DNA from: Antedon mediterranea
Lineage: Eukaryota; Animalia; Echinodermata
NCBI RefSeq assembly: GCF_964355755.1
Contig: NC_092677.1
Coordinates: 24,291,175 to 24,355,174, forward strand
DNA length: 64,000 bases
Direction of reading: 5' to 3'
In this document: positions 35,801 to 48,965 of the stretch, in pieces
How positions within the stretch are numbered: the stretch's first letter is position 1
How the letters are laid out: every line of letters starts with the position of its first letter
Notes under the pieces: model-generated
Databases searched by the model: none
The model's input: only the letters and a program-made list of their open reading frames with translations
What the model was told of the DNA's origin: nothing
Made by a program: the position numbers and the translations under genes

Positions 35801-36340
35801 GGATTTTTTTCATAAGAATATTTTTTTTTTTAATTTTTTTTTTATTTTATTCAGTTGTCAACCAACAGCGATGAAACCGCCGTATTAATATTCATATTCT
35901 TGTGAGTAATAACCATTTAAACGTTAGATACTTTTTAATAATTTGGTGACACTGTAGTTGTAGTAATAGCAGTATACTACTACCAGTGTGTGTCTGGCAA
36001 AAACTGATTTTCAAGGGCTTCAAAACCCTGAGGACTTTATTATAACTCTAACTTGAAAAACAATTTGAAGAAAAGCAGAAATAGAACTAGCCAACTTAAA
36101 AAAAAAATGTTTGTTGGATGGAAATTTTAAGTTGAATTTGTTTGTGATATTTAATTTTTGTTAATTTCTTATATTATGTTTTTTATAACCTTGAAACAGT
36201 GTTAATTAACTATAATTTGAAACAATCATTTATATATATTTTTACCATTTGTTACATTCTTAAAATAATAAATAAATAAATTTGAGAAAATAAAAATTTA
36301 AAAATTTACCATATAACCTTGTGCTATGTCTCTGTCATAC

Positions 36341-36600
36341 CTGGTAGGCATTGTACACTTGCATTTTTATGTGTTACTAGCAAACCCTATCTGTCCCCAA
36401 GGGCACCCAGCTGGTTAATGTAACCAGGTGAAAGAGCAAGGCCTCGCCTCTTGAATACATTCTCACAACTCAAGACTACCTGTATGGACAGTGGTCTTTT
36501 TTTTCTAAATACAGTGCCTACTAATGGCCAATAAGGCAGGGTATAGTTCAATACTAATGGCTTGTTGTACTTCCTGTTTACTTCTTTATAAAGCAAATTA
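36341..36600 (-). other. Candidate non-coding (5'UTR) exon of the zinc-finger gene
   Basis: Minus-strand acceptor ttttttaattttttatttggcctcacag at 36601 and donor CCAG|gtatga at 36341/36340. GC content is higher than the flanks. Confidence 0.4.
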
Positions 36601-37710
36601 CTGTGAGGCCAAATAAAAAATTAAAAAAACGGTTTGTTTGTTGTTGACGGGGCATTGTTACTATTTCGTCAAATTAAAAATTATATTTAACCATATCATT
36701 TTATTTTACATTGGTTAGCGACAAAATTAAAATGATAATCATATAAACTTATAATGTAATTTTTAAGATAAATTGATGTTTTTTTAAAACAATTTCTTTG
36801 CCAATTATGGTTAAAAAATATCAAGACTAAGAGTGCGCCAGCTCTATTCTATCAACGGACTAACTGTAAGTAATGATATTGATATTAAAATATTTATATA
36901 TTACTATAATAGTATTGTTTCTTTAACAATTAATCACACAAAACAAAATTATTTGTATTATTTTAAGTGAAATTATATTTTTACGATACTGGTACGGCTC
37001 TGTAAATTTCAAATGGTATATTAAATTATGCGTTAGCACGTCTAAATCCAAACGTATTATTTTTTATAACCATTAGAATGTCTGAATGTAAATATTTTAA
37101 AGAATACCACAATGGATACATCATAAATGGATGATTGAAAACTATCTACATATGCAATACCATATTTTTCCTGGTACACTGAAAATCAACAAAGCTACGC
37201 AAACGACAATAACGACGACGAGCCTTGCCAGCATCACTATAATGAGATGAAAGGTGGGAAGGGAAAAAAACAAGACAATGTTAACGAGATCCATTCAGAC
37301 AACGTTGTTTTGGTTACAAAGAAAGCGTGAAAATTTACTGGCAGTGTGTACAATACGTATACACTTCTTGGATTGGTTTACAATACAGTATTTATGTTTA
37401 CCATACCATTTATGATACCATATTGTAGCCCTGTATTTTAACAGATTTCTAAAACATATTTTAATTAAAATGTCTGGCTATCGTAACAGTGTATATAATG
37501 CGTAAATGTGAATATTGCGCAACATTTAATTAATATGATCAAGTATTGTTTTGTGGATAGATAATATTACGTCTATGAACGTCGGCTTATAACCGGTTTA
37601 CATACGCAAAAGTCATTTAAAATATGTTTATTCATGAATAGTCTAACTAACTCTCGCAATTTAATATTACAAAATATTTGTAATAAATAGAATAAATCTA
37701 TACATAATTT

Positions 37711-37762
37711 TATACTGTATAATACTGTATAATACTGTATAATACTGTATAATACTGTATTA
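37711..37762. repeat. 10-bp tandem repeat (aatactgtat) x5
   Basis: tatactgtat aatactgtat aatactgtat aatactgtat aatactgtat. Confidence 0.9.
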
Positions 37763-38916
37763 TATCTATACTTTTGCCGATTTATTTTGATGTGATTTTT
37801 TAAAAATGTTTACGCTTAAATATTCTTGTGGATTTAAAGGATTTTAAATGTACAGTATAACCACATTACTATTGGAAAATGTTAGAAAAAATGTCCATTG
37901 TAGTATATTCTGCTTTGCTGTGACCTTTGGTCTAAAGTAGATCAGAATTGGATTCTGTGCGTTTCAATTGCTCGCTCTATAGGAAATTATGTCCTGTTGT
38001 TCGACGTGGCACGGCAAAATACCTCCTTTGAGGAATAATACCCAGTCAACCATAAATACTTCATTTTCCTTATTCAGTCTGCACACCAATTCAGGAATTA
38101 CAGTATACGCATATTAATCCATTCCAATTTGAGAAAATAAAATACATTTCCAAAACTAAAAACAGTAAATAACGACAAGCTTTTCCGTGTCTACTTACAT
38201 AATTCTTTTCAGCATACGCTTACGGCAAGTACAGATGTTGGTTAGAAAGGTATGATTATAACGATTGATGAATACTGCTAAAATAACGAGAAAACAAAAT
38301 GTGTAGGTGTAGGTGTTGTACAGTGAAAGTAAGGATGGTTCAACGAATGTTTTCATTGTTAAAATAATTAGATAGGCACTATGGGACTGATAATGAGTAT
38401 AGAATGATAGACAATGAACGCTCATTATAAATACATTCAAATTTTAATGATCAATGAAGTCATGATTGGCAAGTTGTAGTCATAAGGATTACTTAATTAA
38501 AGATGATTTTGAAATTAGCAGTTTTGTAGAAATTTATGAAAATATTTCTATCAATCAGTTTTGCTTTAAATACGTATCATTTTATAGTACTTTTTATTGA
38601 GATTTTTTTTAAAGCAAAATTGTTAGAAAAACGTTTGCGTAACGTGTTGTCTTCGGCACAAATTAATCTTCTAACATGTGACGTGCTACTCTAAATATTC
38701 TAAACTGTCGTAAAACAATAGATTGAAGTAGGCCTAACGTAGTACATTTTTACAATTTTAAATAGTCATGAAAAAATAGATTGGAGTAACGTAGTAATAG
38801 TTTAATTTTAAATCATAATTAAACAATAGATTGAAATTACGTGGTAGTAGTTAATTAGTGTAAAATAATAGATTAAAATTGAATAAATTCATCTCCTTCC
38901 CAAAAATATTTTTAGA

Positions 38917-39143
38917 ATCAAATTTTCGTTTCTCGTTTTCAAGGTAGTGGTGTCAGCTTGATTTTTTTTAAAGTAAAAACTCAGACTAGAGGGCGCATAT
39001 CACAACAACATCATGTGACTATGCCTGGTTAGTGTCGGCAAATCAAGCTGACACCACTACCTTGAAAAAGTGCGACGCTAACGCACGAAACGTTGGTAAG
39101 TTCAACGTTAATTTTGTCCTTCACTTGAAACGAAAATTTGATT
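38917..39143. mobile_element. Nested inverted-repeat (MITE-like) element
   Basis: Perfect 29-bp inner arms ttttcaaggtagtggtgtcagcttgattt (38936-38964) and aaatcaagctgacaccactaccttgaaaa (39040-39068). Outer arms aatcaaattttcgtttc and gaaacgaaaatttgatt. Confidence 0.6.
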
Positions 39144-40439
39144 TGAAAAAATTTGATTAAAATAACGCCACAACAACTGAAATAACGTGGTACTGTTTAT
39201 TTTAAATCGTCAAGAAAAATACATCTATTTTAATAAATCGTTTTTATAATTATTGAAATAACGTAGTTTCCATTTATATTTTAAAATGCTAAAAAACAAT
39301 CGATTGAAAGGTTTCGGACTACCGGTATACTAAAAAATAAAACAAATACTACAACTATTGCGAGGCCAACAAAAAAGTTTTTTTACAATTAATAGGTTGA
39401 AGTATGGTTTACAAATAATGATTCTTAAAAGTGTCCACAACGAAACGTTGGCAATATCTATTTTCTAAACTGACCCGATAAAGTTGTCAGGATTAAAAAA
39501 TGCGGTGTCAAAACACTTTCTAGCTGGTCCCTCATTATTCCCATCTGTAATACCAGAATTGTTTTTTTGCAGAATTTTGTTTAATGTGGTCCCTTGAATC
39601 TAATCTCTTCCTGAAGACTGTTTCTATGAAATCTCTGGTTACATGTAAAAATTGCTTACATTCTCCTCACTTCAACCCAGGTTGAATACTTTACAGTTCA
39701 TCATACCAAAACTAATATAGCACTACACTTGAATCAAATAAAAATCCAATTTTGTAATCAAAAAAGCGAAATTTAAACAAATAACATTACTTTTTTGTAC
39801 AAACCGAAATTTTTTTCCCGATAATTCTTTAAAAAAAAATAGTTTAGTTTGTGATTCTCTATCAAAATATTGAAATAGCCTTGGGTTGGGTTAGGGGAAC
39901 AGGGTGAAGATAAATAGCTTAAATTGCCAAACCAACAGTTTGACCCTAGCTATAAAAAGCTTAGCCTGTTTTGAAAAAAGAATAATTTATCCCAAATAAT
40001 GAAAACGATTATCTCTAAATTAACAACTGATCATTGTCACTTCTCAAGAAAGCATGATGCAGAATCATATAAATTTGTTTTCACGTTTAATTAGGTCTAC
40101 CATGTGATACCAATTTACCTTTACACTGCAAAAACCAAAATAATTATCAAAATAGTTACTGTAGCTGCGCAAGTCCAAAGTAAAATATGTTTACCGATAT
40201 CAAAACCGTGCTAGTCACAAATACGAATGTATACAAAAATAATGAAACGTAAAAATGTTTTAAAATATGCATGCAAGTATTACGGTATACATGATGTCAT
40301 ACGAAAAATTACGAACGTCACAATTATATAAAAACAGCAGTGCACATCAAGATTAATCATTACGTAAGCATGGGAGGTGATAAGACATTTTAATATTACC
40401 TTAATACGACATCAGTTTCAAGCCTAGAAACTGGTGCGA

Positions 40440-40650
40440 ACTAAAACTTACGAGATGTTCACAGGCTCCAAAATGGCCAAATGCTATCTGAATGGGAGGA
40501 AATACAGTTAGGCTTGTTGTGTACTGCGTCTGGTTTGGCACTGAAAATAACCTTTATCAAGTCAACAACACGCCCCGTGAATACACCACACAATGAACCT
40601 ATTGAACAGCAGCCAATCACAGCTAAGAATGCACTGGCGCATAAGCAGTT
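40440..40650 (-). promoter_or_regulatory. Candidate promoter / short first exon (minus strand)
   Basis: Minus-strand donor gtaag at 40451-40447, YY1-like aaaatggcc, CCAAT box agccaatcac at 40611-40620, and locally raised GC. Confidence 0.3.
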
Positions 40651-41709
40651 CAGTCATGCATATCAAATTACAGACAGTTTGGTGGACTCTCACAACTCAT
40701 TGAACAGAGTGTACCACTATGGGACGAGGGGAGCAAAAACTGCCAGTAGCCCGGTTTGGGTTTATAAAATTCGTCAACATCTAAACATTTTAGAAACAGC
40801 GACATTTTTCTTATAGAGTTTATTTAGTTTTACCAAACCTGCCGTAGATTAGATTATATCGCATTTCTCTCAATTTTAAAGTTACATTTATATTATCTGT
40901 CTTGCGTTATGCAAATTCTTAAAGAAGAGGAAACATCTTTTGATTGTATAAAACGGCTTCCTTAAAACAATGTTTAAAACTATATCATTAATTTCACGAT
41001 TTTTTTTTCTTTAGCTGTTTACGTTTTATTTATTTTTAATTACCGATTTTAGACTAGAGATCTATCCACAGTATGTTTTTAAGTAATTTACATTTGAATG
41101 AACACATACAGCAAACGCATACAACACCCTTTTGGTTTATAGTAACGCCCTTATATAATATAGATGTATGTACCTATAAATCTTAAAACGCAAAAAGACG
41201 AATTATAGAAAACTATGTTCCACAAATTATACAGACAGAAAATTGTAGAAATGACGCTGCGTGAATTGAACGATAATGTTTAGGTGATCCCTAAATATAG
41301 AAAGGAGCGTTCGAAAAAGGATATAATTTATTCCGAGATTAGTTTTCTTTGCAGCACTAAGATATGCTTCTATAGATACCCTTTTGTTCAGTATAAAACG
41401 TATGATCCTTAAATTGAAAATGCATAAACAAAAATAACCAAGGCATTGTAAACTAAAAAGATTTGTTTAAAACATTCTACAAGCAACAAATGTACATATA
41501 AAGTATGAATTTATATTTCTAAAATAAATACGACCGTATGTTCTTAAAATTTCAGGAAGGTATTGCATCTAAACAAAATATTTGCTAATTACCTTTTAAT
41601 TAATTAAGAAATTATAACTATTATAGTAACTATACATAATAGCACCATTTATGTATGACCAAGTGCAGTACAGTTCCAGTGGTCTGGATATGTAAATTGA
41701 GAACAAATT

Positions 41710-42093
41710 GGGAGTGGGATTATATTTGGATTGTACTAACAAGTGTTCACTAGCCAAAAATAGGGAGTGGGATTATATTTGGATTGTACTAACAAGTGTT
41801 CACTAGCCAAAAATAGGGAGTGGGATTATATTTGGATTGTACTAACAAGTGTTCACTAGCCAAAAATAGGGAGTGGGATTATATTTGGATTGTACTAACA
41901 AGTGTTCAATAGCCAAAAATAGGGAGTGGGATTATATTTGGATTGGACTAACAAGCGTTCACTAGCCAAAAATAGGGAGTGGGATTATATTTGGATTGTA
42001 CTAACAAGTGTTCATTAGCCAAAAATAGGGAGTGGGATTATATTTGGATTGGACTAACAAGTGTTCACTAGCCAAAAATAGGGAGTGGGATTA
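41710..42093. repeat. 53-bp minisatellite, ~7.2 copies
   Basis: Unit gggagtgggattatatttggattgtactaacaagtgttcactagccaaaaata starts at 41710, 41763, 41816, 41869, 41922, 41975, 42028 and 42081 (partial). Confidence 0.95.
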
Positions 42094-44753
42094 CACGTGA
42101 TGGGATGGGATTATAATCGGCCATTTTGTAGAGTTAATCTCACCTCTTTTTTCTGTCGTAATTTATATTTGCGTATGAATTAAATAACTGTAAAATTATT
42201 TAATCTACTGCTATTGGTCAATTTTTATCGATTTCATAACGAAACCTAACCTTCATTAATTATTAATAGATATTTACATTTTCTCTTATTTTTATCAATC
42301 CATTAAAAAGCATTTCTCATTACATTTGAAACCTAAAGAATACTAATAAAAACTAACTGTTAGCAACAACTTAATACAATTTTAATAGCGCGGAAATTGA
42401 TAATTGTTTACTGCAGAAAAAGCTGTAAATCTGGAATATTTTTGCGCAATAATAATACATATATAATATGCAAAGCACAATGTGGACAGAACCGAAAGTG
42501 ATGCAAAATATCGATGCGAACCAATATATAGCAAAATTTCTATGGAAGTAATTTTGAACGTTGTCCCTTATTGTCGACCTGTGATTCTCAGTCTGCAGAT
42601 ACTAGGCCTCTGAAATGGGTTCTCATGTCATGCGAATAAAAAAACTTAAAAGATATCCTATTGACTTTTTTTCTATTTTGTTCTGTGTATTGTGATATTT
42701 TGTATATTTTGTAAGATCATTTTAATCCAGACCTTTTTATTTGAATTGCCCCGTGTGGGATGATTAAAGAATTTTGAATTGAATTGAATACCTTAATTGC
42801 TAGCATGAAAAATTGAAACTTATTTAAATAATGTGAATTATGTCCGAGTAAAAATGAAATGTTCAAGAGTATATTATAAAAACCATGATTTACTAATAAT
42901 CAAATTTTACGATTTTTATCAGGTTTTAAAGTTGTTTTCTTGACATTCAAAAAAGATTATACGCAGCACGGAAATCAGGAAGGGGTGGGAGAAGTGTATA
43001 TTTTTGTTTGGCCTAAACTTGATCTGAAATTTTTAGCTTTTATTAATACATAATAATTGTTATATTAAATATATAACCAAATCTTTTAGTCTATAAAAAA
43101 CATGTTCTCCGAATGTGGAATTCATCACAGTTACAGAGAGCATTTGCCATTGGGTATCACAAGGGTCAGCCATCAATAAATACTAGGAGGTCAAGTGTTG
43201 ACCTATAAGGGATACTATTGTTAACTCAGTTTAATCTACCATAAATTTACTATGTTGTCGTATTCAGATGTATTCTCCTCAACGGTTTCCTGATCTATAG
43301 CACGTTAAATAACATTTTAAATGCGTTTTAATTTAAGACGCAGTCAATCAAATTTTTATCATAAACGAAGATTGTATATTTTTAATTTATTGCGAAAATG
43401 TTTATTCATTTCTGTATAATAATATTGATAATTATTATATCAACATCTTTCTAAATAGAATACCATGTACATTCCTTCCGTAAACCTGTTGAATACGATG
43501 TCAGCAGGTACATGCTATTTAAATAAATATACTCGCTCATTATTTTTTTAAACATTAACCAAATCAAAACAAACAATTATTCCATTTCATGTTCTTGCAT
43601 GCATCCATGTTACAATCAAATTTATGCTTTATTTTTTTAGTTTTGTCTATTTAATAGTAATAGTAATATTAATTTAAAATTTTATTTACAGTACTTCAAC
43701 ATACTGCTCAAACATAGGGACTGGGTTCGGAATAACAAACAAATTGCTTTTTTTGGTTATTCGTTTACAGTATAATAAATTATTGAAGAATTGTGCACTG
43801 TTACTATATTATTTCTAAACAAATTTAGTAAAAAGCAAACAGTTGCCTACCACTCGAGAAAGAAAAGTTTACTGTTAAAGTAATAATCTAAATTCAATCT
43901 TATCCCCATGCAATGTTTTACAATGTGCTATCACCATTAGCAATGTCTGGTATAGTGATCTTAAAATTTGAATGGGTGTGTAACACACATTACCAACAAG
44001 TACTGTATATAGTAGTGGATTATGGCCAGCATTCACATACATAACATGACAGAAAAAAGACGCAAACACAGCAAGATCAATCTCCACAATCAAGGTTTTC
44101 TCGTCTGATTTTTGTTTTTTGTTTGTTTTACTCTACAATTTTATATTTATTACCAAATAATCTTTCTAGTAATTTATTTAACATAAAGGCTTGTTTATAA
44201 TACACACGGTACATAACGACGATATATATACTTACTACCGTATTTACTTAAATAACGCACCACTTTGAAACAAATAAACATTTGTAATAAACTCCCGCGC
44301 GGCCCCCTACCTCGAACAACGCCCTCTGGCGTTTATTTATTTTCTCGAAAAAACGCCACATGCATCTTACGTATTTACAATATTGTATTACAACACATTT
44401 CTATTAGTAGTAGAACTCACTGATTGACGTGATCTACAATTTAGTATTTTCTTCGGCTCTTTGATTTGTGTCGCGTAAAGACAAAAAAGTCAATTTATTA
44501 TTGTATTCATTCTTATTCTTCCATTGCAATTTTCGTACACAAATATGGTTAGCTGCGAGACTATTCAGATCCGCCAAATGATTGACTACCATATCTCATG
44601 ATCGCAAAATTACATACGTTGCATATACATCAGCAGATTTTAGGTCTGATAAATTAAATATCAATTAAATTATTTTTTCTGAGACAACCAGGGTTTAAAC
44701 CCAACTAGTGCCCGGATTGCAACTAATGATTCTTTCAACTTCACTCTTAAACC

Positions 44754-44839
44754 TCAAATGAGACTTAGTTTATATAAGCATGATGAATTATAAATTATAA
44801 AATAGTTTATCGTGCTTATATAAACTAAGTCTCATTTGA
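44754..44839. repeat. Near-perfect 86-bp hairpin / inverted repeat
   Basis: tcaaatgagacttagtttatataagca (27 bp) pairs perfectly with tgcttatataaactaagtctcatttga; the AT-rich centre pairs partly. Confidence 0.85.
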
Positions 44840-46409
44840 TTGGCGATTTTGTGCTAGCTGTTGGATGTGTATGAAAAAAAACGAAAAACAAAATTGCGGT
44901 CATTTTTTTGCTGAATCCGTGACTGTGCATAACAGTTGTTATGACAATAATATATATTTAAAAATTGAATGAATTCGTTAGAATACGCCACACACAAGTA
45001 TTACCGTTTCTTTGTTAAACTTCTTAAGCTGGTAAACTGCAGTCCTAGCAAACATGGTTGGTAGCAAACATGTGTTATCAGCAACAGTGCTAGCATTGTT
45101 TAGTTCTTGATACGCATATATTAGCAATGCATGAGTGACTCACAAACAGAATCATGACCACGACAACCTTCATTTTTTTAAAAGGTTGTTTCTGCTTTTA
45201 TGAGCGTTAAATAATAGTTGAACAAGTTTTGATAGAATCAACGATAAATGAACAGAAACTATGAAGATATCGTAATATCTACTAAAGCCTATCACATTAC
45301 TGTACAATACCTACTCTAATTTGTTGAATTGCGAATGAAAAAAAAACACCTAATTTTTACTCGGGAATTAAAATGTTTCTTAAAATAAAAATACCGGCAA
45401 TTAAATGTACTGTACTTTTTATTTTATAAAATAAGCTGAATCAGTTTTTTTATACAATTTATACAAAGAACCGTTTACATTGGAAACGCTAGTCAACTTG
45501 ACGCTAATTAATTCACTTCACGTCAAATTTCTTGCTAACATTTTACGTTAATTACACAGGCCTACAAATTCTCCGCATTTCAGGGTTTTGTACTAGAAAG
45601 GACTTGGGTTACACATCTCAAGATCAACTCCGCATTGGCCAAATAACATTACAGGGTTGGAAAAACTGAATTTATTCAATTTAATTCACATTTATTTAGT
45701 CATCACGCATACTGTAATATGGGTCATTCCATCTCAGTTCACCCAAAAAAAATGGAATTTTAAACCCTACCTCTTCCAATTTTGATGAAATTTGGTATAT
45801 GGGTGATTCATAGCAATTAAAGCCAAAATTTCAAATTTTAACTTTATCGGACCAACGGTTTTCGAGATATCGCAATTTCTATTTTCGGTTTTTACGCAAA
45901 AAAGCGCGCGGCCGCCACGTTTCAAAGAGCTGTATCTCGGGAACTATAGGTTCGATTTTAAAAACAAAGGTATTTTTGTAAAGGGGAGACCATAAGGAAC
46001 CTAAATATACTAATTGTGTGTGTTTTATGTTAATTTTAAGTTGAATAAAACTTTGACATATATTTTGACCTTGAAATTGACCCCGTGGAACACGCCCGAT
46101 TTGTTGGTGACTATCACGAAAAATGTAGCCCTACGTGTCAACTACAACATATAAAAAAATTGGAGGGGTTTTTTTCTTTGTTTCCATGAAATTACAATTT
46201 GAAGTTGACATACCTCTTCCTTTTAGTGTATTTTTGGTGTTGTTATACTTATACACAGTGTGAACACTAACTGTTAAGGTGTCTTTTGTTACGCTTTCTC
46301 ATCAGGCCCACTTAAACAGTAGATATATTTTGATATGAGAAATACTGGGTAACTCACATACTTTTCAAATCAATTTTGACACATAGTTTAGTGTCCTTAC
46401 TATGTTATT

Positions 46410-47689
46410 ATGCACATTAACATATGCATAATAATAATAAGTGATTGCAGAGAACATACAACAGTCACTGTATATGCCTTTTTAAAGGTTGTCATCCCCT
46501 ATATAAAAACAAAACTACCAACCATGAAAAAAGTTCATTATTTCACAGATGGATGTGGCGGCCAATACAAAAACAAATATAACTTTATTAACCTTTGCCA
46601 CCACCAGGAAGATTTTGGTTTAGACGCCGAGTGGAAATTTTTTGCTACATCACATGGCAAGAGTGCGTGTGATGGCATAGGTGGAACAGTTAAGAGGCTT
46701 GTCACTAAGAGAAGCTTACAGCGTTTGACTGAATGTCATATTATCACATCTTTCAGTATGTTCGACTACTGTGTAATTTTTTATTTTTATTTTATGTCTT
46801 TAGGCAATGTGGCCAAGGATTATCAATAGTGAATTAATCACTGTCCTATCAGATAGGTGGTAATCCCCCTGATACAGGGGCTTTTGTGTGAACCAGTTCA
46901 CCGGGGTAACCCCCTACTCTTTTTCGAATAATGAACTGGGTTCTTTAAAGTACACACATGTTATAACTGTGTACACTGGGCCTACGGTTTATAGTCCTTA
47001 TCCGAGAAGACTTGTTCCACCACCAGAACGGAGCGAGTCGGCCTCGAACCCTTGCCGATGTTGTTGTTGGCTCTTTTAGGTACGGTAAACGGCGCCCCTG
47101 CCTTAACCGCTCGGCCATATGACTCGCTCATATGGACATTCCAGGCATCAACTTTTTTCATGTGGGAATAGATGAGGTATCTACTGTGGAAAAAGAAATA
47201 AAGCCGAGATTCAACCTCGCCCAGACCATCAAGGGTACATTACAATATCATCGCTTTGTTCCCGTTTCTCTGGCACAGATGCAGGTCTACAAACTTAGTA
47301 CCCAGATAAACTCTCCGGATGTGGTAGTGATTCAAGAATCTTTCAGTGATGAAAATGAAATTGTTGCTGATACACAACCCACCATGATTAGAATTCAGAA
47401 TTTTGTGTGCTGTAGTTATGATGGTGTCCCATGGATTGGTTTGGTGGTGGATGTCTCACTCTCAGAAGAGTTTGGGGATTATCAAATTAAATTGCATCCT
47501 CATGGGCCAGCGAAAACCTTTTATTGGCCGTCCAAAGAAGACTGTTGTTGGATTCCTGAATCAAATGTACATTGTATTATAGCCTCTCCGTTTATAAAAT
47601 CCTCTTCGACTAGGAATTACAGTATTTCCCAAAATGATCGCCACAACATTTCTAAATACTGTTTGAATTGTCCAGATGACAAGGAGTAA
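46410..47689 (+). pseudogene. Truncated Sola2-type DDD transposase split by a SINE insertion
   Basis: Motifs VHYFTDGCGGQYKN and WKFFATSHGKSACDGIGGTVKR. Removing 46776-47131 joins ...MFDYCV to MDIPGINFF... in frame. The N-terminal half is absent. Confidence 0.85.
46776..47130 (-). mobile_element. tRNA-derived SINE with Deu/Nin-type central domain
   Basis: Minus strand: A box TGGCCGAGCGG, B box GGTTCGAGGCC, then gtcttctcggataaggactataaaccgtaggccc...taaagaacccag...ttcgaaaaagagtagggggttaccccggtg, resembling the DeuSINE core. A-rich 3' tail. Confidence 0.85.
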
Positions 47690-48801
47690 AGGCCAGACAT
47701 AGACAATTGTAACATTATAATAATTAATTTTGGAATACATCAAATTGACATTGAAGTAATGCATGGACAGACACCAAAAATACACTAAAAGGAAGAGGTA
47801 TGTCAACTTCAAATTGTAATTTCATGGAAACAAAGAAAAAAACCCCTCCAATTTTTTTATATGTTGTAGTTGACACGTAGGGCTACATTTTTCATGATAG
47901 TCACCAACAAAACGGGCGTGTTCCACGGGGTCAATTTCAAGGTCAAAATATATGTCAAAGTTTTATTCAACTTAAAATTAACATAAAACACACACAATTA
48001 GTATATTTAGATTCCTTATGGTCTCCCCTTTACAAAAATACCTTTGCTTTTAAAATCGAACCTATAGTTCCCGAGATACAGCTCTTTGAAATGTGGCGGA
48101 CGCGCCCTTTTTTGCGTAAAAACCGAAAATTGAAATTGCGATATCTTGAAAACCGTTGGTCCGATAAAGTTAAAATTTGAAATTTTGGCTTTAATTGCTA
48201 TGAATCACCCATATACCAAATTTCATCAAAATTGGAAGAGGTAGGGTTTAACTCATTGGGTGATCTGAGATGGAATGACCCTTATGTGATTAAAGGATCT
48301 TTATCTTTAATTATTTAAAAAAAAACAAACAAATATTACATAATACAGTAAGTAAACCGTACATATACAATTCAGAGTTCATCAACGTGGCGATTATTTT
48401 TTGTGTCCATTTGTATATTTGTTTATATAAAACATTGTTTATTACTGTACCAGTCCAAACTGTACTAACTTACTGTACTGTAGGTACAATACAGCTGTAT
48501 ATTCAATTAAATAAACCCTTAATACTGTAGTTAGCTAATTGGGTATTAAATTGTTATAATAGAATCATTAACGTATAAGTAGATACAGGATCAAACTGAT
48601 GAGGTTTAGGCAATTCAATAAATAAAAGAACACAGTTGGTACTGTACAGTGTGTACCACTTGAAACTTTCTTCTGATACAGTATGCATGCGTACTGAACA
48701 AATGGTAAAACCATGAAGCATGATTTAAAAATTCTCTTCAGGTTTTCGATCTGATTAAATGTTTTTTTTTGTAAAAATAAATCAACGGGCCTATATGAGC
48801 A

Positions 48802-48965
48802 ACTTCGATAACTCAAGAGGGCGCTATATTTCAAAGGTAAAAAATTTCCATCTAAGCTAGTGTGATAATAATGTAAATTTACAACATTGCGCTAGCCTTG
48901 CGCCTAGATGAAACTTTTATCCAGATTGACCTTTTAAATATGGCGCCCTCTGGAGTTATCAAAGT
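48802..48965. mobile_element. Palindromic MITE-like remnant
   Basis: acttcgataactcaagagggcgctatatttcaaaggt pairs with accttttaaatatggcgccctctggagttatcaaagt. A related fragment agagggcgctatatt lies at ~56951. Confidence 0.6.

Larger units (their letters stand above)
45721..48281 (+). mobile_element. Sola2-like DNA transposon, internally deleted, with ~0.5-kb TIRs
   Basis: TIRs at 45721-46240 and 47771-48281 begin GGGTCATTCCATCTCAG and end CTGAGATGGAATGACCC. Flanks atat/ttat could be a 4-bp TSD with one mismatch. Long TIRs, a GRG terminus and the transposase motifs fit Sola2. Confidence 0.85.

Noticed and set aside
40481-40816. 111-aa plus-strand ORF
   Set aside because: No recognisable domain or splice partner; it overlaps promoter-like motifs.
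41710-42093. CRISPR array
   Set aside because: Head-to-tail identical 53-bp units with no spacers.
46888-47079. 63-aa ORF, and the 60-63-aa ORFs at 52997-53201
   Set aside because: They lie entirely within SINE copies.
47030-47130. tRNA gene (A and B boxes; also at 52977-53060)
   Set aside because: No convincing cloverleaf, and both continue into a SINE core and tail.
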